In this document: positions 8,910 to 18,931 of the stretch, in pieces
How positions within the stretch are numbered: the first letter of the stretch is position 1
Layout of the letters: each line of letters begins with the position of its first letter
Assembly: GCA_020854035.1 (NCBI GenBank)
Contig: JADZGE010000069.1
Location: forward strand, 363 to 64,362
Reading direction: 5' to 3'
Length of the DNA: 64,000 nucleotides
Source: Burkholderiales bacterium
GTDB lineage: Bacteria > Pseudomonadota > Gammaproteobacteria > Burkholderiales > SG8-41
Notes under the pieces: generated by a model
The model's database searches: none
Seen by the model: the letters and a program-made list of their open reading frames with translations, nothing else
What the model was told of the DNA's origin: nothing
Made by a program: the position numbers and the translations under genes

Positions 8910-10301
8910 ATGCACTTTCCCGGATCGTCCCGCGCCGCGGCGCTCGCGTTCGTGGCGGCCCTGCTTGGCGCCACGCCCTCCCATTCCACCTTCGCCGCCA
9001 CCGCGGAGCACCGCCTCGCCAACGGCATGCAGGTGATCGTCAAGCCCGATCACCGTGCGCCGGTCGTCGTGGTCATGGTGTGGTACCGGGTGGGCAGCAT
9101 CGACGAAGTGAACGGCACAACCGGCGTCGCGCACGCGATCGAGCACATGATGTTCAAGGGCACGCGCGCGACCGGCATCGGGGAGTATTCGCGGCTCATC
9201 GCGGCGGCGGGCGGTCGCGACAACGCGTTCACCAGCAACGATTACACCGGCTATTTCGCCGTGTTGCAGAAGTCCCGGCTGGAGCTCGCGTTGCGGCTGG
9301 AGGCAGACCGCATGGTGAATCTCACGTTGAGTCCCGATGAATGGGCGCGCGAGATCAAGGTAGTCATGGAGGAGCGCCGCTACCGCACCGACGATCGGCC
9401 CCGCGCGCTCGTCTACGAGCAGCTGATGGCGGTGGCGTTGGCGGCGCACCCGCACCGCAATCCGGTCATCGGCTGGATGAGCGACCTCAGGAATCTCACC
9501 GTCGCGGATGCAAGCGAGTTCTACCGGCGCTGGTACGCGCCCAACAACGCCGTGCTGGTGGTGGTCGGTGACGTGCGCCCCGAAGAGGTGGTGGCGCTGG
9601 CGGAGAAGCATTTCGGCGGCATCGCCTCACGGCCACTGCCGCCACGCAAGCCCCAGGACGAGCCGCCGCAGCTCGGCATGAAGCGGCTGACGGTGAAGGC
9701 ACCGGCGGAACTGCCCTACGTGCTGACGGTCTTTCGCGCGCCCGTGCTGCGCGATCCCGAACGCGACGAAGAGCCCTACGCGCTCGAGATGCTCGCCGCG
9801 GTCCTCGCCGGCAACCCGGCGGCGCGCCTGCCCCGCAACCTCGTGCGGGTGGAGCGGCTCGCGAGCGCGGCGAGCGCGTCCTACGACGGCCTCTCGCGCG
9901 GGCCGGGCTTCTTCTACCTCAGCGCGACGCCGGTGCCGGGGCGCACCGCCGACGATGTCGAGCGCGGACTGCGGCGCGAGATGGAGCGGCTCATTGCCGA
10001 GGGCGTCACGCAGGAGGAACTCGACCGCGCGAAGGCCCAGGCGATCGCCGGTCATGTCTACCAGCGTGATTCCATGATGTATCAGGCCCGGGAGATCGGC
10101 GTGCTGGAGATGTCGGGCATTTCGCACCGGAGCATCGACGTGCAGCTCGAGCGGCTGCGGGCGGTGACGCCCGAGCAGGTGCGCGAGGTCGCTCGCAAGT
10201 ACTACGTCGACGACGCGCTCACCGTCGCGCACCTCGATCCCCAGCCGCTCGACGGCCGGCGCCCGGCGCCGCCGCCGGCGGGGTCGCGCCATGGGGAGTG
10301 A
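8910..10301 (+). CDS. M16 family zinc peptidase (catalytic subunit type)
   Basis: Signal peptide and inverted zinc motif HAIEHMMFKG (HxxEH). Confidence 0.9.
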   Translation: MHFPGSSRAAALAFVAALLGATPSHSTFAATAEHRLANGMQVIVKPDHRAPVVVVMVWYRVGSIDEVNGTTGVAHAIEHMMFKGTRATGIGEYSRLIAAAGGRDNAFTSNDYTGYFAVLQKSRLELALRLEADRMVNLTLSPDEWAREIKVVMEERRYRTDDRPRALVYEQLMAVALAAHPHRNPVIGWMSDLRNLTVADASEFYRRWYAPNNAVLVVVGDVRPEEVVALAEKHFGGIASRPLPPRKPQDEPPQLGMKRLTVKAPAELPYVLTVFRAPVLRDPERDEEPYALEMLAAVLAGNPAARLPRNLVRVERLASAASASYDGLSRGPGFFYLSATPVPGRTADDVERGLRREMERLIAEGVTQEELDRAKAQAIAGHVYQRDSMMYQAREIGVLEMSGISHRSIDVQLERLRAVTPEQVREVARKYYVDDALTVAHLDPQPLDGRRPAPPPAGSRHGE

Positions 10302-11688
10302 CCGGTTCGCTCCGGCCGCGGCCGGGTCGGCGCACGCCGCGGCGGGGGCCGGCGCGCCGGCACGGCGGGCCGCGTGGCGCGCGCTCCTCGCGTGCGCCGC
10401 GTTCGCACTCGCCCCTGCGCTTCCCGCCCGCGCCCAGTTGCCGATACAGCACTGGCAGACTTCGGGGGGGGCACGCGTTTATTTCGTGGAGAATCACGGC
10501 CTGCCCATGCTCGATCTCTCCGTGCAGTTCCCCGCCGGATCGAGCCGCGACCGCGCCCGGTCTTCCGGCGTCGCGGGCATGACGAACCGCCTGCTCCAGC
10601 TCGGGGCCGAGGGCATGGCCGAGGACGAGATCGCGCGGCGCCTCGCCGATGTCGGCGCGCAGCTCGGGGCGCGGTTCGATACCGACCATGCGGGACTCGG
10701 GCTGCGTACCCTCGTGAGCGAGCGCGAGCTCGTCCAGGCCCTCGACGTGTTCGCGCGCGTTCTCGCGCGCCCGGCGTTTCCGGCCGACATCCTCGAGCGC
10801 GAGAAGGTGAGACTGATCGGCGCGCTCCGCGAAGCCGATACCCGTCCCGATACGATCGCCACCGTCAATTTCTACCGCATGCTCTACCGCGACCATCCCT
10901 ACGCGCTGCGCCTTACCGGGGACGCCGGCACGGTGCAGGGCATCACGCGCGAGCAACTCGTCGCGTTTCACCGGGAATATTACGCGGGTGCGCGCGCGGT
11001 GGTCGCCATGATCGGCGATCTGTCGCGCGAGGCGGCCGAGCGCATCGCGGAGCAGGTGACCCGCGATCTGCCGGCGGGGAAGCCGGAGGACGCGCAACCG
11101 CCGCCCGTGCCGCCGCTGCCGGAGGCGGCCTCGCGCGCGATCGCCCACCCGGCCTCCCAGGCGCACATCATGATCGGGGCGCTCGGCATGAGCCGTGACG
11201 ATCCGGATTACTTCGCGCTCTACGTCGGCAACTACGTGCTGGGTGGCGGCGGATTCGTGTCCCGCATCAACGAGGAGATCCGCCAGAAGCGCGGACTTGC
11301 ATACTCCGCCTACAGCTATTTCCTGCCGCTCAGCCGGCCGGGGCCGTTCGTCATCGGCATGCAGACGCAGCGCGCGCAGGCACGGCAGGCGCTGGCGGTG
11401 ACGCGCGAGGTGCTGCGCGATTTCGTCGCGCGCGGGCCGACGGAGGCGGAGCTCACGGCGGCCAGGGAGAATATCGTGGGCGGCTTTCCGCTTCGCATCG
11501 ACAGCAACGCCAGGATCCACGAGTACCTCGCGATGATCGGCGCGTATCGCCTACCCCTCACGTACCTCGATGATTTCGTGAAGAACGTCGAGCGGGTCAC
11601 CGCCGGGCAGGTGAAGGATGCGTTTTCGCGGCGTATCGATCCGGAGCGCATGGTGACGGTGGTCGTCGCCGGCGAGGACGGGAAATGA
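10291..11688 (+). CDS. M16 family peptidase (non-catalytic partner type)
   Basis: M16 fold similarity with no HxxEH motif. Overlaps the upstream M16 gene by 11 nt. Confidence 0.85.
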   Translation: MGSDRFAPAAAGSAHAAAGAGAPARRAAWRALLACAAFALAPALPARAQLPIQHWQTSGGARVYFVENHGLPMLDLSVQFPAGSSRDRARSSGVAGMTNRLLQLGAEGMAEDEIARRLADVGAQLGARFDTDHAGLGLRTLVSERELVQALDVFARVLARPAFPADILEREKVRLIGALREADTRPDTIATVNFYRMLYRDHPYALRLTGDAGTVQGITREQLVAFHREYYAGARAVVAMIGDLSREAAERIAEQVTRDLPAGKPEDAQPPPVPPLPEAASRAIAHPASQAHIMIGALGMSRDDPDYFALYVGNYVLGGGGFVSRINEEIRQKRGLAYSAYSYFLPLSRPGPFVIGMQTQRAQARQALAVTREVLRDFVARGPTEAELTAARENIVGGFPLRIDSNARIHEYLAMIGAYRLPLTYLDDFVKNVERVTAGQVKDAFSRRIDPERMVTVVVAGEDGK

Positions 11689-11772
11689 CGTGAGCGACGG
11701 CGCTCACGGGCGCTACGGCGAGCGGCGCGGGCGCGCAGAGGGACGCGGCGCGACCGGCGCCGGGGCGCCGCG

Positions 11773-12318
11773 GTGAGCGCAAACCGCGTGCGCATCATCG
11801 GCGGCGCCTGGCGCAGCCGTCTGATCGAGTTCCCCCCGCACAAGGACCTGCGGCCGACGCCCGATCGCGTGCGCGAGACGCTGTTCAACTGGCTCGGGCA
11901 GGATCTCACGGGGGCCACGTGCCTCGATCTCTTCGCGGGGAGCGGCGTGCTCGGCTTCGAGGCCGCCTCGCGCGGCGCGCGGCGCGTCGTCATGGTGGAG
12001 CGCGATCCGGCGACGGTGCGCTTCCTCGCGGCGGCGCGCGAAGCGCTGCGGGCCGGGGCCGTCGAGCTCGCGCGCGCCGACGCGCTCCGGTTTCTCGCCG
12101 CGGAACGCGGTGTCTTCGACGTGATTTTCCTCGACCCGCCGTATGCCGTGGACTACTGGCCGCGGCTCGCGCCGCTGCTCCCGGCGCGGCTCGCCCCCGG
12201 CGGATTGGTCTATCATGAGCGTGGTGGGCGAGCCACGGCGCCGGCGGGGTGGAAGGTGCGGCGCCAGAGCCGCGCGGGAAGAGTCAACTATCAACTGCTG
12301 GAGCCTGACGCCGCATGA
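11773..12318 (+). CDS. rsmD: 16S rRNA (guanine966-N2)-methyltransferase
   Basis: [10 protein letters not shown]..., SAM-binding site [18 protein letters not shown], and the FLDPPY motif. Confidence 0.85.
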   Translation: MSANRVRIIGGAWRSRLIEFPPHKDLRPTPDRVRETLFNWLGQDLTGATCLDLFAGSGVLGFEAASRGARRVVMVERDPATVRFLAAAREALRAGAVELARADALRFLAAERGVFDVIFLDPPYAVDYWPRLAPLLPARLAPGGLVYHERGGRATAPAGWKVRRQSRAGRVNYQLLEPDAA

Positions 12319-12809
12319 ATCACAAGGCCGTATACCCGGGCACGTTCGACCCGATCACGCTGGGCCACGAGGACCTGGTGCGTCGCGCGGCGAGGCTTTT
12401 CGATTATCTCATCGTCGCCGTCGCGGATGCCGCCGCCAAGCGCCCGTTCTTCACGCGCGACGAACGCGTCGCCATGGTGCGCGAAGTCGTCGGCGACGTG
12501 GAGAACGTGGCGGTCGTCGGCTTCTCCGGGCTGCTCATGAATTTCGTCCGGGAGCACGGCGCCCGCGTGGTGGTGCGGGGTCTGCGCGCGGTGTCGGATT
12601 TCGAGTACGAGTTTCAGCTCGCGGGCATGAACCGCGGCATGTATCCCGACGTCGAGACGTTGTTTCTCACCCCGGGCGAGCAGTACATGTTCATCTCGGC
12701 GACCATCGTGCGCGAGATTTCCACGATGGGGGGCGACGTGTCCCAGTTCGTGCCGCCGCAGATCGCGAAGCGGCTGCAGGCGAGGATGAGGGAACGTGGC
12801 GGGGGGTAA
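12315..12809 (+). CDS. coaD: phosphopantetheine adenylyltransferase
   Basis: [17 protein letters not shown] nucleotidyltransferase motif. Overlaps rsmD through an ATGA junction. Confidence 0.95.
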   Translation: MNHKAVYPGTFDPITLGHEDLVRRAARLFDYLIVAVADAAAKRPFFTRDERVAMVREVVGDVENVAVVGFSGLLMNFVREHGARVVVRGLRAVSDFEYEFQLAGMNRGMYPDVETLFLTPGEQYMFISATIVREISTMGGDVSQFVPPQIAKRLQARMRERGGG

Positions 12810-12863
12810 GTGCAGCATGCGGGGCCTTCCCGGCGCCCCCGCACCCGCGACCTCGGCGAATAG

Positions 12864-13142
<279 letters not shown>

Positions 13143-13205
13143 GCCGCCGGGGTACGCGCCCGCCTGCACCCTGTTCGTCGCAAGCGCAAGCCCCGCGGAT
13201 GCCCT

Positions 13206-13811
13206 TCAGTTCCGCTTGTGCCGGATTGCGCCCAAGCCGGCCAGCCCCAGAGCCAGAAGGGCCGCGGTCGCCGGTGCCGGCACCCGCTCGAGAAAGCCGC
13301 GTATCTCGCCGCCCGGGAAAGCGCTGCTGTGTATGTTGAAGTAGGCGCGCCCCGTCTCGAAGCCTGCGATCAGCGCCGCCTCGGCCCCGGCGACCGTTCC
13401 GCCGCCGAAGTTGGTGACAAACGCATTCGTATAGGTTCCCGCCAGCGTCAGATTGACCGTTGTTGCGTAGTTCCCGGAGGTTACGCCCGCCGGAAACCCC
13501 GGCAGCGTTCCCGGTGTTACCGCTACGCCGACTGTAGCTGTGCCGGGGGTGGCTGTGCAGCAGTGTATGTGGGCGACGGTCGTCGGGCCGATGAGCCCGG
13601 TCCAGTCCGCCGTGATGGCGAGCGTGTGGAGGGTATCGTCATAGCCGACGAGGGCGTGTCCGGTCCCCGGCGACGCATTGGCCGGGAATTCGGACGGGCC
13701 ATCGAGGAGCGCGTCGTAGTAGACGAACCCGGCCTGGACGGCGGGCGCCGGGAAGGAGAGCGCCATGGCGACCGCGAACGATAGGACGGGCACAGGTCGA
13801 GCATGCAGCAT
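13206..13811 (-). CDS. CHRD domain protein with PEP-CTERM sorting signal
   Basis: ATG at 13811. Has a signal peptide, AHIHC and YFNIHSSAFPGGEIRG CHRD-like motifs, and a C-terminal VPAPATAALLALGLAGLGAIRHKRN (PEP-CTERM-like TM plus basic tail). Confidence 0.75.
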   Translation of the reverse strand: MLHARPVPVLSFAVAMALSFPAPAVQAGFVYYDALLDGPSEFPANASPGTGHALVGYDDTLHTLAITADWTGLIGPTTVAHIHCCTATPGTATVGVAVTPGTLPGFPAGVTSGNYATTVNLTLAGTYTNAFVTNFGGGTVAGAEAALIAGFETGRAYFNIHSSAFPGGEIRGFLERVPAPATAALLALGLAGLGAIRHKRN

Positions 13812-13927
13812 GACGGACCTCCAGCGGTTGGGTTGCGAAGCGTAGCCTGCCACGCACAAACATCCCCCGCCGCCGGAGTATTCCCGCCGCCGGGGGAGGA
13901 GGCTTCGCGAGGCGGCCGCCCGGGATG

Positions 13928-14746
13928 TCAACGCCGCTGGCAGGCCGGGCAGTAGTACGTCGAGCGCTGCCCCTGCCGGATTCCCTTGATCGTACCGTCG
14001 CAACGGCGGCACGACTCGCCCGCCCGGTCGTAGACCATGAACTCGTTCTGGAAGTAGCCCGCCTGTCCGTCGGCCGCGACGTAGTCGCGCAGCGTGCTGC
14101 CGCCCGCGCCGATGGCGTGCTCGAGCGTCTCGCGTATCTTTACCACGAGGACCGCGCACCGTGCGCGGGAGAGCCGGCGCGCGGGGGTGCGAGGATGAAT
14201 TCCTGCCCTGAAGAGGGCCTCGCTGGCGTAGATGTTGCCGACACCCGCCACGACGTGCCCGTCCATGAGAACGAGCTTGATGGCTGCATCGCGCGCGCGG
14301 GTGACGCGATGCAGCCACGCGCCGTCGAACTCCGCGCTGAAGGGCTCCGGCCCGATGTCCTTCAGAAGCGGGTGCGCCAGCGGGTCGTCGCGCTGCCAGA
14401 GTACCAGTCCGAAGCGGCGCGGATCGCGCAGCCGCACCACGGTGCCGTTCTCGAGCGCGAGATCGAAATGGTCGTGCCGGGTGGGCGCCTCGTCGCTTCG
14501 CACCACCCACAGCCGTCCCGACATGCCGAGGTGCACGATCAGCGTGCCGGTGCCGCAATCGAAGAGGAGGTATTTCGCCCGGCGGGAGAGTCCGCGGATG
14601 ACGGCCCCTGCGATCCGCCGTGCCAGCTCGCGGGGTACCGGCTGGCGCAGGCGCCGGTCGCGGACGACCACTTCCCGCACGCGCTGGCCCGTCACGAGCG
14701 GAGCGAGCCCGCGGCGGGTGGTTTCGACCTCAGGCAGTTCCGGCAT
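13928..14746 (-). CDS. mutM: formamidopyrimidine-DNA glycosylase
   Basis: N-terminal MPELPEVE and a C-terminal zinc finger CRRC...CPACQ. Confidence 0.95.
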   Translation of the reverse strand: MPELPEVETTRRGLAPLVTGQRVREVVVRDRRLRQPVPRELARRIAGAVIRGLSRRAKYLLFDCGTGTLIVHLGMSGRLWVVRSDEAPTRHDHFDLALENGTVVRLRDPRRFGLVLWQRDDPLAHPLLKDIGPEPFSAEFDGAWLHRVTRARDAAIKLVLMDGHVVAGVGNIYASEALFRAGIHPRTPARRLSRARCAVLVVKIRETLEHAIGAGGSTLRDYVAADGQAGYFQNEFMVYDRAGESCRRCDGTIKGIRQGQRSTYYCPACQRR

Positions 14747-14833
14747 CGGCTGTGGCGCAATCGAACCGCTGCGACGCATGGAAGGCGCAATCAGGATCTT
14801 CCCTCTGCGCGCCCCGCGCCCCCGCGGTAAAGA

Positions 14834-15673
14834 TCATTTCCCGGCCGCCGGCGGGGAAAGGAGCCGCTGCGCGGCGCCCTTGAAGAGGTAGTAGGCGAGC
14901 TTCTCGTCGGGTCTCACCAGTACGAGCTCCGGCTCGCGCGCCATCACGCCGAGCGAGAGCGCCGTTCCCTCGCGAAACCGCATCCGCACCAGCGCGGCGG
15001 GCGAGCCCCTGCCGCCGTAGGGCTCGACGCGCAGCGCGGCTGCGTGCCGCCATTCGTCGACCCAGCGCTGGATGTCGTCCTGGCTCAGGTCCGGGCCGCC
15101 CGGTTTCACTACCCACCGTCCCTGCTCGCGGGCAACGGTGAAGCCCGGCAGCTCGATCGCCTCGGGAGTCTCGCCGTGCGCCAGCAATTGCCTGTCGATC
15201 ATTTCCGCCGCGCCCTTCGGCGGGGCCGCGGCGAGCGCCAGCGGAACGGTGTAGACCGCGTCCGCCACCAGCACGTACTGTTCGCGCGAGACGGCATTCA
15301 CCATGCCGAAGTCGAAACGCTGCCCGTCGATCACGAGGCGCACGGCGGGTTGGTCGAGCTCGAAGCGCGCGAGGTCGGTCGCCGGGAGGCGCGCGCTCGC
15401 CCGCGCGCCGGCGACCGCGAGCAGGCGCTGCACGCGCACCGGGTCGGCGCGGGCGGCGAGCGGCGCGGTCACGAACCAGGTCTCCTCGCGTCGCTCGAGC
15501 ACGATCGGCTGGGCGCCCGGGCGCTCGATGCGGATCGAGCGCGCGGCGCCGGCGACGGGGCCGGAGATGACGAGTTCGCGCGGGCCGCCGTCCCGGGGGC
15601 GCAGGTAAACGAAAGCGCCGAGCGCGGCGACGAGCGCCGCCAACACCAGGTTCACCCACAGCGCTCGCCTCAT
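14834..15673 (-). CDS. DUF4340 domain protein (accessory to the GldG-like ABC system)
   Basis: N-terminal TM anchor and a position directly downstream of the gldG-like gene. The family call is from recall of typical operon structure. Confidence 0.55.
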   Translation of the reverse strand: MRRALWVNLVLAALVAALGAFVYLRPRDGGPRELVISGPVAGAARSIRIERPGAQPIVLERREETWFVTAPLAARADPVRVQRLLAVAGARASARLPATDLARFELDQPAVRLVIDGQRFDFGMVNAVSREQYVLVADAVYTVPLALAAAPPKGAAEMIDRQLLAHGETPEAIELPGFTVAREQGRWVVKPGGPDLSQDDIQRWVDEWRHAAALRVEPYGGRGSPAALVRMRFREGTALSLGVMAREPELVLVRPDEKLAYYLFKGAAQRLLSPPAAGK

Positions 15674-15691
15674 GCCGGAGCCCGGTCCCGA

Positions 15692-17044
15692 TCAGCGGCG
15701 GCGCCACCAGACGAGGACGCCGGTCACCGTGAACGCGAGCGGCAGCGCGATGAGAAAGGTGAAGGCGATGAGATAGAGCATCATCGGCGGCATGTCGAGG
15801 TTGCTGTCGGGCGCCGGGCGCGGTTGCACGGTGATCAGGCGATCGTCGCCCGAGAGCCAGTTGACGAGGTTGACGCCGAGATCGAGGTTGCCGCCGTTGC
15901 CGAGGAAGGTGTTCGAGAGAAATGCGCCGTTGCCGACCACGACCACGCGCTGCTGGCGATCCCCGACCATGCGCTCGAAGGCGGTGGCGATGTTGACGGG
16001 TCCCGGGAAGTCGCGGTCCTTCTCGAAGGTGATCTCGCCCTCCAGTTTGCCGACTTCCACCCAGCCGCGCTGCGCGACCTGCACGAGCGGCACCACCCGC
16101 CACGCGTCGCTCTCGATCGTCCCGATCTGCCGCGCGTTGGGAAAGAGCGTGTTCAGGTCGAGCGAGTCGAGCACGGGGTGACGCCCGTAGCCGGCGGTGG
16201 TCCCGAGCGCGTACACCGGCGGACCGCTGCGCGGCGCGAGCGCCGGATCGATCACGGTGCCCGGCGTCAGCACCAGGCCCAGGTCTTCCGCGAGGGGCTG
16301 GAGCCCGCGCAGCGGCTCGGGATCGATCAGCCAGAGGAGGTTCCCGCCACCCGCGAGATGGCTGCGGATCCTGCCCACCTCCGCGGGAAGGAGATCGGTC
16401 TGCGGGGTGGCGATGACGAGCAGCGCCGCGTTCGCCGGCACCTCCTGCGCGACGCCAAGATTGAGGGCGCCCACGCGAAATCCCTTCTGCCGCAACTGGC
16501 GGCCGAATTCACCGAGATCGTGGTTCGCCGCGCCGTCCAGCCGGCGCTCGCCGTGGCCTTCCAGCCACAGCACCTGGCGCTCGGCGCCGCGCGACAGGCG
16601 CATGAGCGCGTTGGCGAACGTCTGCTCGTTGAACTCGGTCAGGCGCTCGGTGCGCTCGCGGTAGCTCACCACCATCTCCAGCGGGCCGCGCACGGCGGCC
16701 TCCGCCGCCGCGCGCGGCTGCTCGCGCGGATCGACGAGCTGCAACGCGATGTCGGGCTTGGCGCGCTGGTAGGGGCGCAGGAACTGCTCGATGCGACGGT
16801 GCACGTTCTCGCCGCGCGGGTCGTTCGCGATGGCGTACGCGGTCACCGTGACCGGGCCGTCCATCGCCTTCAGCACCTCCAGCGTCGCGGCGGAGACCGT
16901 GTTGCGGTGCGCGCGCGTGAGGTCGCGCTCGACGCGGTACTCGCGGGCGAACCACGCAACGAGCGTCGTGAGCGCGACGAGCAGCACGACGAAAAGGCCG
17001 TGGTGCGCGGAGAGCTGCCAGCGGCTGCGGGGCGTGATCTGCAT
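15692..17044 (-). CDS. GldG-like ABC transporter auxiliary protein
   Basis: ATG at 17044 overlaps the permease stop (ATGA). Has N- and C-terminal TM anchors and an ABC_transp_aux-type central region (VTVTAYAI..., LLVIATPQTDL, GGNLLWLIDPE). Confidence 0.8.
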   Translation of the reverse strand: MQITPRSRWQLSAHHGLFVVLLVALTTLVAWFAREYRVERDLTRAHRNTVSAATLEVLKAMDGPVTVTAYAIANDPRGENVHRRIEQFLRPYQRAKPDIALQLVDPREQPRAAAEAAVRGPLEMVVSYRERTERLTEFNEQTFANALMRLSRGAERQVLWLEGHGERRLDGAANHDLGEFGRQLRQKGFRVGALNLGVAQEVPANAALLVIATPQTDLLPAEVGRIRSHLAGGGNLLWLIDPEPLRGLQPLAEDLGLVLTPGTVIDPALAPRSGPPVYALGTTAGYGRHPVLDSLDLNTLFPNARQIGTIESDAWRVVPLVQVAQRGWVEVGKLEGEITFEKDRDFPGPVNIATAFERMVGDRQQRVVVVGNGAFLSNTFLGNGGNLDLGVNLVNWLSGDDRLITVQPRPAPDSNLDMPPMMLYLIAFTFLIALPLAFTVTGVLVWWRRR

Positions 17045-17814
17045 CAGCCCCTCAGCCGCAGCGCGTCGAGCTGCCTCGCCGCGAGCGCGAGAAACGCGAC
17101 CGTGAGCAGGACCGAGCAGGCGACGGCATAGCTGTCGAGCATGCCCCTGCCGAAAGGCTCGAAGTTGCGGATCGGGGAGAGCACCTGCGCGAGGCCCGCC
17201 GCGACGGCCCAGCCGCGCGCCTTCAAGCCGTCGCCGGCGACATCGCCGATCAGCAGCATCCCGAGCAGAGCCGCGAACGCGCCGATTGCGGCCGCGACGG
17301 GGTGCACCGTCAGGCACGAGAAATAGAGGCTTACCGCGGCGAAGCAGGCCGCGAGCAGCGCGAGACCCGCCGCGAACCCGGCGAGCAGTCCGTAGTCGAG
17401 GCGTGTCCCGGCGGCGAGAGCGAGCGGCATGAGCGTCACCAGCGCGACGATCACGAGCAGGAACGCGAAGAGCCCGGCGAACTTCCCGAGGACGATCTCG
17501 ACCATCGATACCGGCGCCGAAAAAAGGAACGCCATCGTCTGGTTGCGGCGCTCCTCCGCCACGAGCCGCATGGCGAGCACCGGCACCGCGAACATCAGCA
17601 CCGCCGCCGCCGTGGCGAAGGCGGGCGCCGCCACGAGCTCGGTCGCGCCCGGCGGGCTCGACATCCGCACGAGTTGCGGCTGCATCTGGAGGAAATCGTC
17701 GAGCCGCCGCAGGAAGGAGTAGCCGATCACGAGCTGCATCACGGTGAGCGTGACCCACGCGAGTGGCGAGGCGAAGAGCGCCCTCAGCTCCTTGCCGGCG
17801 ATGGTGAGTATCAT
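17044..17814 (-). CDS. ABC-2 type transporter permease (GldF-like)
   Basis: ATG at 17814 overlaps the ATPase stop. The product begins MILTIAGKELRALFASPLAW and is a 6-TM ABC-2 permease. Confidence 0.85.
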   Translation of the reverse strand: MILTIAGKELRALFASPLAWVTLTVMQLVIGYSFLRRLDDFLQMQPQLVRMSSPPGATELVAAPAFATAAAVLMFAVPVLAMRLVAEERRNQTMAFLFSAPVSMVEIVLGKFAGLFAFLLVIVALVTLMPLALAAGTRLDYGLLAGFAAGLALLAACFAAVSLYFSCLTVHPVAAAIGAFAALLGMLLIGDVAGDGLKARGWAVAAGLAQVLSPIRNFEPFGRGMLDSYAVACSVLLTVAFLALAARQLDALRLRG

Positions 17815-18755
17815 GCCGTCTCCTCGCGGCGGGTGAGGTTCACGAATACCTCTTCCAGGCTCGTCTGCGCGGGCTGCAGCCGGGCGAGCCCCCAGCTGCC
17901 CGCCGCCGCGCGGCCGACGAGGGCGTCGCAGCCCTGCGCCGCATCCGAGAACTGGACGCGGAAGAGCCCCGGCTCGAGCGCTTCGACTGCCGCGATCCCC
18001 GGTACCGCCGAGAGGGTTGCGAGCGATGGCGGACGCCGCAACTCGACCAGCACGGTATTGCCGCTCTCGAGGCGCTTGAGCGCCGCGATGCTGTCGCTGT
18101 AGACCACGCTGCCGCGATGCATGATCTGCACCCGGTCGCACACGGACTCCACCTCGGGCAGGATGTGGGTGGACAGGATCACGCTGTGCGCGCCGCCCAG
18201 TTCACGGATGAGGGCGCGAATCTCGCGGATCTGGTTCGGATCGAGGCCGATCGTGGGTTCGTCGAGGATCACGACGTCGGGACGGTGCAGGATGGCCTGC
18301 GCGATGCCGACGCGCTGCTGGTAGCCCTTCGAGAGCGCCCCGATGAGCCGCGCGCCGCTCTCGTGCAGGCCGCAGCGCCGCTTCGCCTCGCCGACCGCCT
18401 CGCGGCGCGCGGCGCGCGCGACCCGGTGCAGCCGGGCCGCGAGCGACAGGTACTCATCGACGGTCAACTCGCGATAGAGCGGCGGCACCTCGGGCAGGTA
18501 GCCGATGTGCGCCTTCGCCTCGAGCGGCCGCTCGACGAGATCGATGCCGCAGATGCGGATCTCGCCGGCGGTGGGCGCGAGGTTGCCGGCCAGCATCCGC
18601 ATCGTCGTCGACTTGCCCGCGCCGTTCGGGCCGAGAAAACCGAGGACTTCGCCGCGCCGCAGCTCGAGCGCGATGCCGTTCACCGCGACATGACGGCCGT
18701 AGCGACGTGTGAGCCCGCTGGCTGAGATGGTGGACGGGCTGTCCCGTTCCGGCAT
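17811..18755 (-). CDS. ABC transporter ATP-binding protein (GldA-like)
   Basis: Start at internal M30 (MPERDSPSTISASGL). Walker A GPNGAGKST, signature LSKGYQQR, Walker B VILDEPT. Confidence 0.9.
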   Translation of the reverse strand: MPERDSPSTISASGLTRRYGRHVAVNGIALELRRGEVLGFLGPNGAGKSTTMRMLAGNLAPTAGEIRICGIDLVERPLEAKAHIGYLPEVPPLYRELTVDEYLSLAARLHRVARAARREAVGEAKRRCGLHESGARLIGALSKGYQQRVGIAQAILHRPDVVILDEPTIGLDPNQIREIRALIRELGGAHSVILSTHILPEVESVCDRVQIMHRGSVVYSDSIAALKRLESGNTVLVELRRPPSLATLSAVPGIAAVEALEPGLFRVQFSDAAQGCDALVGRAAAGSWGLARLQPAQTSLEEVFVNLTRREETA

Positions 18756-18931
18756 TTGCGTGAGGCGCTCGATCTGGCGGGTAAACTTGTGAACCGGCCC
18801 AAATATACCTAAGATGTAACGCCTGATGAAGCATTTATCCACTCCTTTCGCCGGCGGGCGGCTTCGCCGGAGAAGTTCGCCGGAGCAGGGTCCGGCAATC
18901 CCCTAGCCGCGGCGTTTCCCCTTTTCGCGTC

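Noticed and set aside
8784-9611. The 276-aa N-terminal extension of the FtsY ORF (599-aa ORF in the track).
   Set aside because: The extension overlaps the well-supported M16 peptidase gene on the other strand and is compositionally junk. A GTG at 8783 gives a normal-size FtsY.
15044-17131. Very long ORFs on alternate frames or strands. Examples are 15044..17131 (+), 3541..4869 (-), 50870..53167 (-), 52993..54729 (-), 54690..56687 (-) and 37165..39264 (-).
   Set aside because: They overlap genes with clear family motifs. Their translations are Arg/Ala/Pro/Gly-rich with no recognisable domains, as expected for spurious open frames in high-GC DNA.
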